A DNA stretch of 64,000 nucleotides, taken from positions 16,616,001-16,680,000 of the forward strand of contig CP075492.1 in the NCBI GenBank assembly GCA_021613535.1, read 5' to 3'. Shown here one piece after another: positions 39,850-51,900 of this stretch. The DNA is from Adineta vaga (taxonomy: Eukaryota; Animalia; Rotifera). The first letter of the stretch is position 1. Each line of letters starts with the position of its first letter. The translations under genes were made by a program, and so were the position numbers. The notes beneath the pieces were generated by a model. It did not search any database, had not been told where the DNA came from, and saw only the letters and a program-made list of their open reading frames with translations.

Positions 39850-40578
39850 ATGGAAAGAACAGTTTCATTTAAAGATTTTGATGATAAACAGTATGTGATT
39901 ATTGAATGGCAATTACAACAACATGGCAGTTTTAGTAGTGGTGGACGTTCACGAGATATTTCACTCACACAATTTTCTTCAACAGAACAATTGAAATTTT
40001 ATTTATCTGATTATATTAAAAAGTATAATCAACAAGTGAATATTTTCGATAAAGAGTACACCATTGTTGATCTTTGTCAAATATCAATCGATCAATCAAA
40101 CAAATTATTAGTTGAAAATTCCAATGAAATTTCTCGTGTTACCAGTCGACATGTTTGGCCATTAAATCATAAACTCTTTATGGGCTGTTGCATCGATGCA
40201 CATATAGTTAGTACCTGTTATGATGAATATACATTAAATGAACAAAAACAACTAGAAGAACAATATGACGACAATACGAACTATTGTCTTATTACTCAAT
40301 TAGGTAATCATCCTACACACGTGAAATTTGTACATGGTACTCATTGTTTACGAGATGAAATTTTGCAAAGATTCAAACAGCCATTTTGAACAAGTTTTAT
40401 TCCTTCGCAAGAACAATTTGATTTATTTCTTCATAAAATTCAAACCTTATCAATACAACAATTCTGTACTTATGTGACAAATAAAAAATGGTACAGTCTC
40501 GATATACAATTTTCCGGTGTTCTTGTTGATTTTATTATTACTGGTGAAATTTTACTTTTCAACAAGCAAATAATCTAG
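39850..40578 (+). CDS. Hypothetical protein; TGA at 40387-40389 followed by 62 open codons
   Basis: 179-aa ORF; the same frame stays open to TAG 40576-40578. No recognisable domain. Confidence 0.5.
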
Positions 40579-40640
40579 ATATTATTCAAATGCAAAACGA
40601 TGTACAAATTACGTGTCATTACAGTTGAAGAAACCTTTCA

Positions 40641-40686
40641 GAAGGGTGTGGGTGAGTACTACATTTATCTAATACGCACATCCTTC
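40641..40686. repeat. Telomere-like inverted repeat, copy h11
   Basis: GAAGGGTGTGGGT...ACGCACATCCTTC; 13-bp arms with two mismatches, between convergent genes. Confidence 0.85.
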
Positions 40687-40765
40687 GCGAATTCTTCTTT
40701 TGACTTTGAAAAATAATTTTATTCAAAATTAAAATCAAGTTTTTTGTTCAATTTCGATAATTTTA

Positions 40766-42479
40766 TCAAGAAATTATTTCAAACTTCTGAATGCGATGAT
40801 TGTACAGATCGGTAACATAAAGATTTCCTTCCAAATCAAATGATAAACCATAGGGACGATAAAATTGATTTGATCCATTACCTTTTCCATTTCCACCAAC
40901 AACAATTTCACCCACATTCTTTCCTTCACACCATCGCATTATTCGATCATTCAAATAATCAGCTACATAGATTTGTCTCCATTGATCAACAAACAATCCT
41001 CTAGGATAAGACAATTGATTAAGACTATTTCCACAACCATTTCCACCTGCAACAATTATGCCTTCTCGAGCATCTTTTGTCCATTTCATCACACGATGAT
41101 TGAAACTATCCGATACATAAACAGATTGTTCCTCATCAACAAAGATACAAGTAGGAAAACTGAGTTGATTGAGTTTAGCTCCTATTCCGTTTCCTCCAGC
41201 TACTAATATTCGTTCTTTATCTTTCTCTCCAATTTCCCATCTTCTCACTTCATTCTTCTTTGTATCAGAAATATAAAGAAATCCATATTTATCCATTGCT
41301 AAACTATCACAATCAATATTTTCAATAAGAATTTCTTGTTGATTTTGGCTCAAACATCGAACTATTCGTTGATTTCCCCAATCAGCAATGATGAGTGAAT
41401 GATCAGACTGATCAACAATCACATCTGTCGGTCTACTCAATTTATCAGTTCTATTTCCATCTGCAATGATTTGTCCTTGTTTGTCATTATATTTCCATTG
41501 AACAATTCGATGATTCCAATAATCAGCAATATAAATATCTTTGTGTTCATCAACAAAGATTCCATAAGGTTCATTGAGTTGATTTAATTTCTCATCTTCT
41601 CCATTTCCACCAGCAACAGTGATTCCATGTTTTTTGAATTTTGTTCCTAAAAGACAACAAACAATATAAAAGATATTTGTTGATGAATATATTTCAATAA
41701 AATATCAAAAGTAAATTACCTGAAAGATTATTTGATGTGATATTATTAGGTAAAGTTATTGATTCGAATTGTAATAATGGTGATACAATTGTTTGAAATG
41801 GTGGAAGCTGTTCACGTAAATGAATGATGAATAAATCATCTGTTGCTTTCCATTTTCTCACAACTTGAAAGTAAGTTCCAGGAAGAAGAAGAATTTCATT
41901 CTGTTCTTTAAAATAAGAATGTGATTGAATTGATTTTCCACTAAAACATTCAATGTTAAAGACAGTTCTCGTCGAATTATTTTTCATAAATTTTCCATGT
42001 TTTGATATTGTTTCCGTACAAGAACTTAATCCCCACCAGAAATGATCATCATTATATTGATCGGATAAATTTCCCTTAACACCACGCCAGATTGTTCCTC
42101 GATACGATGGAAGTTTATACAAAGCTGTGAAGAAAAGTTTAAGAAAAAAAAACCATGGAATTAAGTTATTTCGATCGTATGATCGAAGTCTTTCATTAAG
42201 TAATATAAATAAACTTGAATGAGGTTGAGGCCATTGCATTGTATATAAATGAATTGAAGCTGATTCATCTTGTGTTAAACCATCTGCAGGGTTTCTTGAA
42301 TTTCTCAAAGCAATTTCAATCATTGCATCACAATTATAAAGTAAGGATTTAATTGGTTCAATTGATTCTTTGAGAGAAACAAGTGGATAAATTTCATATC
42401 CACTAATTGGTGTTAAGATTTGTTGAGGTTCTTGATCAGCATCAAGAAAACGTTGAGGAAGATTTTCTCCTTCAGTCAT
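40766..42479 (-). CDS. ADP-ribosyltransferase fused to NHL repeats, two exons
   Basis: Exon 1: ESASIHLYT, IWRGV, WWGLSSCT, QNEILLLPG. Intron 41647-41719. Exon 2: NHL repeats (VAGGNG.G...NQL..P, YVADY.N.RI). Confidence 0.85.
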
Positions 42480-43515
42480 TGATCAATAGAGTAAAAAAAC
42501 AGTTTTAGAGAAAGAAAATATACTCGTTGTAATGGTTGAATGATTTTGTTTCAGTAATATTCTTTTATATATAAATAACAAAATAAAAAGAAAAGAATAT
42601 CCAGATGAAAAAGAAGAAAAAAACACGTGTTATAATGAAATAGGAAATTTGATTTGATTGCTGAATAATTTCCTTTGTAATTTGAGATAAAATAATTCGA
42701 ATATCTTTATTTGATATTTGAAGATATTTACAAAGTATTTTTGTAAATAACGAATGATTATTTGTTACTTCATTTGGTAAACACGAAGAAAGAATTAATG
42801 AATTAATTTCTGGTTTTATAAAATGAAAAACCTTATGTGGATAAATTTCCTCCTCTGCTTGTTTCCATTGTTCATTACAAAAATAATAAAATGTTCTGGA
42901 AATCTTCCAAATTTAAATTAATTAGTTCTTGATCGGTATAGATTATAAATCCAATTTGTTTTAAAATCAAACTCATATCTCTTGCACTATCGATTGATTG
43001 TGGTAAATGATCACACATATCATAAAAACTATTACCAATAATCAATGCAAATTTCCAGTAAAAGCAAAAGTCTCGGAAAAGAATTTTATTTTATTTATTT
43101 CATTAAATTTTGTGAATCAACAAACAATCGTGATGGACAAGACGATTGATTCAGACTATTTCCTCTTCTATTACCATCAGCAATATTGATTCTATTCTTT
43201 ATATTTCGATTATGAAAAATTGCCGAAAGAAAACCTTTTTCCTCTAAAATAAAACCAGCAATACTCTCTGAAAATATAAAATGGTATTTCTCACTTCGAG
43301 AAAGTATTGTCTCAGTTTCATTATAATTTATTTCTCAATGGATTTTTCGGAGTTTCATCAAAACGAATTGCTTTATGTAAATAGACTTTTTTCAATATGA
43401 AAGAAAAAACTTTCTCTTCGTCGAACGATGCATTTGTCCACATCAAAGTCTTTACTTTTCTGAGATAATGGAGAATTTGATTTTACGGCAAATTCAAATC
43501 GACGCTGATATTTTC

Positions 43516-43570
43516 GAGGGTGGGTGTGGGTATTCGCACATATCAAGGCGTACCCACATCCACATCCTTC
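43516..43570. repeat. Telomere-like inverted repeat, copy h12
   Basis: GAGGGTGGGTGTGGGTA-TTCGCACATATCAAGGCG-TACCCACATCCACATCCTTC. Confidence 0.9.
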
Positions 43571-43767
43571 ATCAATAAAATATGTTTTTGTTATGAGAAG
43601 AAAAAAAAGTAAAGATGCCGATATTAAAAAGAAAAAGATACATTTCATAGAATTTAAGTTTTTTCAATATGTTCTACAATTTAGTTAATTTTATATTTTT
43701 TATGTCGATTATTAAATTAAATGAATTAGAAAAAAAAACTCATTTTTAATTGATGTGATAATGAGTT

Positions 43768-46700
43768 TTATGGATGAAGATGTAAACGTGTGCGAATATT
43801 TTGTCGATACCGTTTAATAGTGTTTTTCAATACTACTCTGTAAGTTTGTGAAGGCAAAATAAAGATGAAAAAAATAAGCATTGTTGGAGTAAATGAAATC
43901 AGATATCCGATAAGAAATAACCATGAACTACTGGTTGATTTCATACAACCGCCGACAAAAGAAATAATTAAACGTGGTAACGCAAGAATAATTAAGAGGC
44001 ATGGAGCAGTTAATAAATGGTTATAGTGTTTAAGTTGTATTCGTAATTGATTTTGATAACTCTGTTGCTTTTGTACCGTAGTTCGTTGTCGAGTTGTCAT
44101 TATAATAATGATCACAGCTGAGATAACGTTAAGAAAAAACGGAAGAAAAAAATGAAACATCACTATAAATAAATTGAATGTTCGGAGACTATTTGAGAAC
44201 TTCAGAGTACACCAGATTCTTCTTTCATTTATACCGTCACCATCCTCATCGGTAAGCTGTCGATGAAGAGGATCATGAATAGTTGTGCTAATCGCCATAA
44301 TGATGCCAACAAAAGTAAAATATTTTGCCATTTTTCTACTATTTTTCTTATCAAAACTAGTTCCTTTGATCACCGTTATTGCCCTGTCTACACCTACAAA
44401 TGAATTCAACCATTGATCAAGAGTAAGACCAACTCGTAGAAGAAAATCAATTGAAATACATTGCAAAGATAAAAATGGTCGGTTTTCTATATATGTCATT
44501 TGTGCAATAATCAATATACCATATTTCAATGCAAATATAATTAGGGTGAATAGACTTAATATCGATGAACTTAATAAATAAATACCAGAGCCAGTTTGTC
44601 GTAAATCTTTGTTTTCGAACGTAATTATGCATAAAATACTATTGACGATTCCAAATAGAATTAAAATTGTGACCAGTATCATGCTGAACTGTACGATAGA
44701 TGGCTGATATATAAGAGGAATATTCGGTTGTATATGATAGCCGAGTATAACATCAAATGAAAGATCAAATAAATTTGAACTGAACTGACATAATGTTCCA
44801 TAAAAACATTTCGGACAGATGCATACTGATGTTTGTGGACATATTGCTCTATCTTGTACACAATGTGCTCCATGTTCACAAGTACTTTGGCCCAAACAAG
44901 TATGCTCACTATGATGATTGAACTCAAAACAATTTGTTGAGCGTCGATGATTATGATCAGAACATAAACAGATATGTTTATCATCATAGAAACAAGATAG
45001 AACTGGTGAATGTTGTTCACACGGTAGTTGATAATATTTAATACGACGTAATGGATGCAGTTCCAAGATAGTCTTGTTTAGTACTTGACTTATATGTTCA
45101 CAACGATCTATTGGATTAATTGTTCGTACGACAGTTGACATTGGTTTATAATGTTTTTGAACAGTAACTAAGTAGTAGTTTCTATTGTAAAGATCCAGAA
45201 AAGCTACATGAAAGGGACGTGACCATCGGACAGTGATTGCGTTTTGGTACGTGAGAATCGTTTTAAATGTCGAACCATTTTCAGGTGGACCATTATCCAT
45301 AACACGAATAAAATGAATAAGTACTGTCTGTGGCAGAACAATATCTTTATGAAATGATAAAATGAGTTTATTATCTTCTGTTTCACATCTTTCTCCCGTA
45401 AATCCTTGGGAACAAATACAACTGTATTCTTTACCAAAGCTGACGGAATCATCGTTAGGAATGCATTGTCCATTATTCTGACAAGTTGCCGTTCGATTTG
45501 CAAAGCATATTTGATTGTTAAGTAGACAGCGCGAACCCCATTTATGCAGAGGACATATACAAATAGATCGATTGGTTACGGTTATACCGATAGAGCGTGA
45601 ATCAGATGAACATCCACTTACATATGAAAGCGTACAATATTTTCCATACCAGCCAGAATCACATTGACAAAAGCAAACATCGTGGGATGTCTCCACATAT
45701 TTGATACGTTGTCCATGAACACATTGATAATCTGAACAGTGTTGTAAATTGCCTCTTGAACGAGGAATGTATAATTCTTTCGCAACCCGATGTACAGGTA
45801 AAAACGGATAATTGATTGCAACCAAATAACTTCCTCGATAGATCCATGAAATTTTTTCGTAAATATCGATGTGAATCGAATAATTTTTTGTGAGATTTTT
45901 TGGTCGACTTGAATAAAGCAGATAGATATTGAATTTCGTTTGACAATCTCGAATGTAGAGATAGGTTAATTGATGGTATGAATGAATATTACGTTCGACA
46001 CTATCATCAATAAGTGAGATGATCAACGTAAATACTGTTCGTCGAGAATCCGAATATGTTTGAATTCGCAAAGTGAGACTGACACGTTGATTTTGATATT
46101 GACACGCATTCCCATAAAAGCTAGGTGGGCAGAGACATGTTTCAATGGATAAATTTCGTTTCGTATTGAACCAAACTTGCAAAGGAAGGCCACGTTGACA
46201 GCGCTGTCTCTGTTGATGAGCATTTATCTGTCTAATGGGAGAATCGAAGATCATGTCATTTGTCTGTTGTAGTGCCATTTGATCAATGGAGTCGGTTAAC
46301 TTGCCGAGTGAAAAATATTTTATTTTTGGCTTTTTCACATCGATCTCGCGTGTACACAAGAAATTTTCGACGCCGGAAGGACGGCTGCCATAGGCCTCCT
46401 TACGAATATTTCTTTTTTGCATCATGTCAGGACTTGTATAACAAAACTTTTCATCAGCGTTGATTTCGTAATTATTTAAGGGACATAAATGTTTATAAGC
46501 AACACAATATTCACCTAAGTTTGTTCGACAATAGAAATTTGTGAAACTTGGATGATGATCAAGCGATCGACATAATTGTGGCTCGTCTGTACCACCAGCA
46601 CAATCAATACGACCATCATTGGCTTTCGCAAGAGGTAGACACGTCAGTTGATTTGTTTTCGGCGAAACGCAAATATGCTGATACTCATCTGTACAATTGA

Positions 46701-48570
46701 ACAACAACAACGTGGATAATGCATGACAACCAACTTCGTCAGCTCCATTAAAACAATTCCAAAAGCCATCGCATCGTGTATAAGTATTATTACATTGCCA
46801 ATATTCACATTCCGTTTCATCTGTTTCGTTACGTCCGTTAATGATAATAGGTGTGAGTTCTGTAAAGCCGTCACAAATAGTCGGAAATGATATCTGACTT
46901 CTACTATATAAAAGTGATATTTGTTCATCTTCGCAAACACCGATTTCATCAGTGGAGCAATGACACTCGCGATCTTGAACCAATGCTGGAGAGATGCACC
47001 AATTTTGTGTGTTACATTTGAAAAGATCATCTAATCCATACAGTAGACAGGAGCCATTGATCGAAGAACATTGTTCATCATCACTGTAGTCACAATCAGC
47101 CACAAAATTACAAAGACGATATTTTGGAATACATTTCGATGAATTCATACATTGGTACATGGTTACATTATTACAACTTGAAGAATAATTATGATTAATT
47201 TTGTTACAATGAGACAATTTTTGGTACAAAGGCAAAACATATTTGTTTAACCAAGTATGTTTAGGAGGTGGTCGGCCAAAATCTAACGGAAAATCAACAG
47301 GATGTCGACAGGTGGAAGTATCGAACGAAAGTAACGATTTATTCGGATAGAATCCATCACAAAACTGATCATTATAGCATACGTATCGGGGTGGTAACAT
47401 TCGAAATAAGGGGTCGAGTAGGTCTTGTTTGGTGTAAACAAAAAATATATGACCGAAAAGAACTGCACCGGCTGGTACGTTAATCATATCTGGACAGGTA
47501 TGATTGATAATATTACTGCATGTGAAACCGGAACAATGACTATAACATTGTTGGTTTGGTAGCTGTATAATATTTAACTGACATATGACTGCAATCCAAC
47601 AATCATTAGATATTAAGGCCGGTGCTGAATCGAATAACAGTTGACCGAGAAGCTGATTACGTTTTGAGGTACATGAACTTGTTAACCTAAATAAATTACT
47701 AGGAGAATCGTACCGTATTGGGCATATAATATCCTCTTCTTCAAATGCTGGTTCACCGAAAACAACTTGGTTCAATCCGAAATTGTTCGTTCTAATCTTG
47801 AGATATTCATCTGTCGCATCAAGACATTCGAAAGAATGTGGTCCATCATGTAAAAATGATTGCGATATACATTGTTTGTTAGCACATTCGTATTCATCTT
47901 GTGCACAATGACTTATTTTTAATTCCCAACACGATCCTTCGTCGACTCTATCTTGACAATCAACAGTTCCGTCACAAATTTCACTCCAATCGAGACATAT
48001 CGATTTCGAACCTCGGTTACATGCTAAGTGCATGTAACATGTTAGATTTTCCGGATTATAGTCTTGTTGATAAAATTCATGAATCACTTCATACAATGTC
48101 GAATCATTAGTTTTGACAATGTAGCTATCAAATGAATATTGACATGATGTGCCAAATCTAGGCGATGTACAATTGTAAAAAACTTGCTTTGCTAGTGCAG
48201 CTGATTGATTGGCATTGGAAAGATGATTTAAGTAATACTCATAATGTTCCATAACATCCAAAGGTGCTGACCAAAGGTATAATTGTTCTGTGGTAATGTT
48301 TTGTTTGTAGAGATCAGCAAACGTCAACTTTTTATCAATACTATTCTCTTCAATAGTCCATTCTAGTGGCCATTCAGTTAAACAATAATGAATTATGAGA
48401 TGAGTCTTACTGTCTTTTTTGACAGAAGCAGGAATATGAAAACAGTCATGTTGAAATACAATACCACTGTTATTAGCATCGAGTTCATTAGTAGAATAAA
48501 GATTCATTTGAGGGAAAGCGGTAACCCAATGTAGTAGAGCACAATACAGAAAATCGACGAAGAAATACAT
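43768..48570 (-). CDS. LDLa/EGF-repeat rhodopsin-like GPCR (GRL101-like ectodomain), single 1600-aa ORF
   Basis: Signal peptide, several LDLa repeats (CDGTVDCQDRVDE, CDGFWNCFNGADE), EGF repeats (CQNNGQC...CICSQGFTGERC), C-terminal 7TM. Confidence 0.9.
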   Translation of the reverse strand: MYFFVDFLYCALLHWVTAFPQMNLYSTNELDANNSGIVFQHDCFHIPASVKKDSKTHLIIHYCLTEWPLEWTIEENSIDKKLTFADLYKQNITTEQLYLWSAPLDVMEHYEYYLNHLSNANQSAALAKQVFYNCTSPRFGTSCQYSFDSYIVKTNDSTLYEVIHEFYQQDYNPENLTCYMHLACNRGSKSICLDWSEICDGTVDCQDRVDEGSCWELKISHCAQDEYECANKQCISQSFLHDGPHSFECLDATDEYLKIRTNNFGLNQVVFGEPAFEEEDIICPIRYDSPSNLFRLTSSCTSKRNQLLGQLLFDSAPALISNDCWIAVICQLNIIQLPNQQCYSHCSGFTCSNIINHTCPDMINVPAGAVLFGHIFFVYTKQDLLDPLFRMLPPRYVCYNDQFCDGFYPNKSLLSFDTSTCRHPVDFPLDFGRPPPKHTWLNKYVLPLYQKLSHCNKINHNYSSSCNNVTMYQCMNSSKCIPKYRLCNFVADCDYSDDEQCSSINGSCLLYGLDDLFKCNTQNWCISPALVQDRECHCSTDEIGVCEDEQISLLYSRSQISFPTICDGFTELTPIIINGRNETDETECEYWQCNNTYTRCDGFWNCFNGADEVGCHALSTLLLFNCTDEYQHICVSPKTNQLTCLPLAKANDGRIDCAGGTDEPQLCRSLDHHPSFTNFYCRTNLGEYCVAYKHLCPLNNYEINADEKFCYTSPDMMQKRNIRKEAYGSRPSGVENFLCTREIDVKKPKIKYFSLGKLTDSIDQMALQQTNDMIFDSPIRQINAHQQRQRCQRGLPLQVWFNTKRNLSIETCLCPPSFYGNACQYQNQRVSLTLRIQTYSDSRRTVFTLIISLIDDSVERNIHSYHQLTYLYIRDCQTKFNIYLLYSSRPKNLTKNYSIHIDIYEKISWIYRGSYLVAINYPFLPVHRVAKELYIPRSRGNLQHCSDYQCVHGQRIKYVETSHDVCFCQCDSGWYGKYCTLSYVSGCSSDSRSIGITVTNRSICICPLHKWGSRCLLNNQICFANRTATCQNNGQCIPNDDSVSFGKEYSCICSQGFTGERCETEDNKLILSFHKDIVLPQTVLIHFIRVMDNGPPENGSTFKTILTYQNAITVRWSRPFHVAFLDLYNRNYYLVTVQKHYKPMSTVVRTINPIDRCEHISQVLNKTILELHPLRRIKYYQLPCEQHSPVLSCFYDDKHICLCSDHNHRRSTNCFEFNHHSEHTCLGQSTCEHGAHCVQDRAICPQTSVCICPKCFYGTLCQFSSNLFDLSFDVILGYHIQPNIPLIYQPSIVQFSMILVTILILFGIVNSILCIITFENKDLRQTGSGIYLLSSSILSLFTLIIFALKYGILIIAQMTYIENRPFLSLQCISIDFLLRVGLTLDQWLNSFVGVDRAITVIKGTSFDKKNSRKMAKYFTFVGIIMAISTTIHDPLHRQLTDEDGDGINERRIWCTLKFSNSLRTFNLFIVMFHFFLPFFLNVISAVIIIIMTTRQRTTVQKQQSYQNQLRIQLKHYNHLLTAPCLLIILALPRLIISFVGGCMKSTSSSWLFLIGYLISFTPTMLIFFIFILPSQTYRVVLKNTIKRYRQNIRTRLHLHP

Positions 48571-49562
48571 CGTTGAACACTTTGTGAAAGTCTCGAGTGA
48601 ATATAATTATATGAAAATTTTTCCTAATTATCCATATACATATCTCACTTTCTCGATGAGAAAATGTTGAGTTAAAAGTTTTTTTTTATTATAAAATATC
48701 ATGATGGATGTTGACAGAAATTACTTCTGCTCACATCCTGTTTGTTAAAATTTTAGAAGCCTCTGTAATATCATGCAGATTTTATCTAGTAGTGAACATG
48801 TGGCATTCTTCTGCACGGAAACAAATCTGAAAGCAACAATTTACTCAATACTCTATGCATTTTGTTTCATTCTAAATGCTAAAACCAATATTGATTCAAG
48901 TTGCCTTTGCGATCACTTATGCCACTGTCATGTTTCTTTTATTCAGGAATGTTCGATGCGAATGGTATATTTCGAGCCTTTTGTAAGATCAGGATTCGTC
49001 TTAAGGATTAACTTAGCTCGAAGTAGATAAAATTATTGAGAGCATCGTATTTTAGTCTGAAGATGCGAGACTGTTGTGCATACAAAATCTTTCATTGATG
49101 TTTGTAGACAATCTATTATAGATGTGGATATATAATTATAATATTTTCAGAAAGAATAATAGACAGAGAACATCTTTCCGATGTTCAACTGACTCTTGGT
49201 AAACATCGTTATCTGTTATCATGATATCATCATTCGAAGTTTGTTGGTCAGCTGAGAAGCGAAAAATACCATATTTTTATCTGACGATATTAGCTATGTC
49301 TTCACTCGAGAGACGAATCTCAATCTGTTTATTCGAAACGATATGAAAAAGAATGTGTATAGAAGATAGGAGAAACAGAAGAAGAAGAGTATGTAAAAGC
49401 ATGTTTGTATACATGCCTCCCCACCGATGAAAAATGAGCATACATTGAATAAAAAAAGACGACACGTGAAAAAATTCGAAGAGCAAACAAAATAGAATAA
49501 TAGTAGTGCACGAATATGAATTGTTCAGTGAAAAACAAAAATTTAATATTTGAGAACTGGAA

Positions 49563-49610
49563 TAGGGTGTGGGTATTCGCACATATCAAGGCGTACTCAC
49601 ACCCACCCTA
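49563..49610. repeat. Telomere-like inverted repeat, copy h13
   Basis: TAGGGTGTGGGTA-TTCGCACATATCAAGGCG-TACTCACACCCACCCTA; 32 bp identical to h12. Confidence 0.9.
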
Positions 49611-49929
49611 ACCGCTTTCACGACTTAGTTTATCAACCGGTTTTCGGCGATAATTCGATTTCTGATTACAGGTCAGACACGTTTAGAAAAAATAGGCGTC
49701 GAAACGTCTGCATCTTTTACGCAAATTTCACGAAAAGTTTGTTATGTGAACTTGTGAAATAGTCAACTGCAAAAAAAATAGTTTTTGCTTATATACTTTT
49801 CTTTTTCGTCCGTTTTACGGTAGCAGTCGGGAACGCCGATTGATGCCGTAAAACGCGATAAAGTTATATAGTGTTCAAACGCGTTTTTCAACTGTCTTGT
49901 CTGCTTGGGTATGAGTATACATCTCTCAA

Positions 49930-50603
49930 CAGCATTTCTTAATAAATAAGAATAGAACCATTATTGTTATTATTATTATTATTCCACTCTAACGAAGTCA
50001 GTGTTACAGTGACAGTTTTTCAGTATTTGTACTGAAATTGCGCGTCTTTAGATTAAAAATTATATGAATGGTTTTAAAGATTGAATTCAATTAGAAAATA
50101 AAATGTTGTTGATATTCGACGATACCTTTTGCATAAATACTTGAAAAAATATAAATATTTATTACTTTAATATCGTCATCATTCATAAAATTATTAAAAT
50201 CATTATCCATCTCACCTTTCTTTGATACATCGCCAGCCGATTCTTCTGCATTTTCTTTCCTTTTAAAGTAGGAAGTCAAAGATTTTTGTCTTGACGACAT
50301 TCGTTGAACGTTATATTACCAAATGAAATAGAACAATACGAACGATATAAAAAATACAACGTAAAGAACAATTAGTCTGATATGAATGAACTTTATTCAT
50401 CTTTTTGTTCTTTTGAATGGACATCATGATCTATAACGAACAATAGACAATTTAGTACATCGATAAACTGAGTTGTGTAGTGTTCATATCCGACTGTTCT
50501 ATTCTTTTCTCATCAAAAAGCATATGCTATACATCCCTGATTAATAAAGTCGGCGAACCGAGATCTCGGGTGGGCGCCGCCCAACCCTCTGAGTAAAACA
50601 CTG
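49930..50603 (-). mobile_element. Internally deleted hAT-like DNA transposon
   Basis: Flanked by the direct repeat TCTCAACAG (49924-49932, 50604-50612). Minus-strand end reads CAGTGTTTTACTCAGAGGG with a GC-rich subterminus. Short ORF 50091-50300 begins MSSRQKSLTSYFKRK, like hAT transposase N termini. Confidence 0.6.
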
Positions 50604-50897
50604 TCTCAACAGATACCAAGTGAATGACGTATTTACAGGACAGATAACTACCGATATAGTCACACGCTCATAAGACATCACTCTTGTTCGTCAACTATAA
50701 CAAAGTATGATTAATCGTTACGAATCAAAGCGAATTAGAAGATTGCTTGAAATCTAATGACAACACTTTCATCATGTTTTCACCTTTTCAATCCTGTCAG
50801 AGATTGCGCTACTAAGCTTTTATTAATATGATTAAGGAACAAAAAAATCATGAATTTATAACCAGTTATTGAGAAATAGATTGAGAAGATTAGATCA

Positions 50898-51900
50898 TCA
50901 AGTATGAAGTGTAGGATCAATTACATTTATATGTCGACGTCCAAGTCGACGACCTATGACTGTTCGACGAAATCGATTTGATGAGAAAAAGAAAACATAA
51001 AAACTTGCCTAAAAAGAATAAAAAAAAAGAAAATTTATATAAGAAATAATGATAGAAAAAACATACAGCATGATAAATTGATACTTCAGTACTGATAATT
51101 GCATGTGCATAATATTCTTTTGATAATCTATCCGGACTTCTAACATCTTCAGTTGTAATTATAAGGTATGCATACAAACTAGCCAATGGAATACAATAAA
51201 AAAAAGAAAGAATAATTTGTAAAAATGTCATTTTGATTAATTGTCGATCAGCTCGTTGTTCAGCAAGAACTCTTGTTTGACGAATATTTCGATAAGTTAA
51301 AAATGCAAACATAATCATAGTCAATATAGGAATTATACAAATAATAACAAGATAAAATATTGGTATGTATCTATTAAATGTTGGATTTATTCCAGTACAT
51401 AGATTAACGTATGGTAATATTCCAGTATATAAATAAAATGGAGTTGAATGAAAACAACAGAGAATAATCACGATAATAACAATTCGATAAGATATTTTCA
51501 TTTGACTCATTTGACGTAATGATGGTTTTGATGATGTTATTAAATATTGATCAATTGTTGATAAACATATCGCAGTTATTGATACTGTAGATGACATAAT
51601 TACAAGTGTTTGTCGTAATTTACACCAAAACCATGATATATTAACAAAATCATATCCATAACTATAAGATATTGACCGAGGTAAAAGATTAATCACAAGA
51701 AAAATTGTTTTAAAAATTGATTCAATAATAAAATAAAATGTTGTTGGTGTTTGACGATATGTTGTAACACTTGAAAATATGTAAATATTTATTGTATTAC
51801 CAATTATTCCAAAAATAAGTAGAATTATTCCACTATAAACAATTATTTGTTGACAAATAAATACAAAAGACATTCTATTTGTTGAAGAAGATATTGACAC
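50898..51900 (-). CDS. Class A GPCR with one 3' intron
   Basis: GIIGNTINIYIF, WCKLRQ, LSTIDQY, seven TM segments. Intron ~51009-51066, then ASFYVFFFSSNRFRR. Start is GTG 51900 or ATG 51873. Confidence 0.8.

Noticed and set aside
40641-40686. Hairpins as rho-independent terminators
   Set aside because: Eukaryotic context, no poly-T tails, and copies also occur between divergent genes (18497).
44447-48110. Many small ORFs nested in or antisense to the 1600-aa GPCR, and similar ones in other genes
   Set aside because: Alternative-frame shadows of long coding regions with no domain features.
43373-49762. Short ORFs 43373-43648, 49329-49589 and 49550-49762 sharing ICANTHT or GCGY peptides
   Set aside because: The similarity is just translation of the duplicated hairpin core; no other coding signal.
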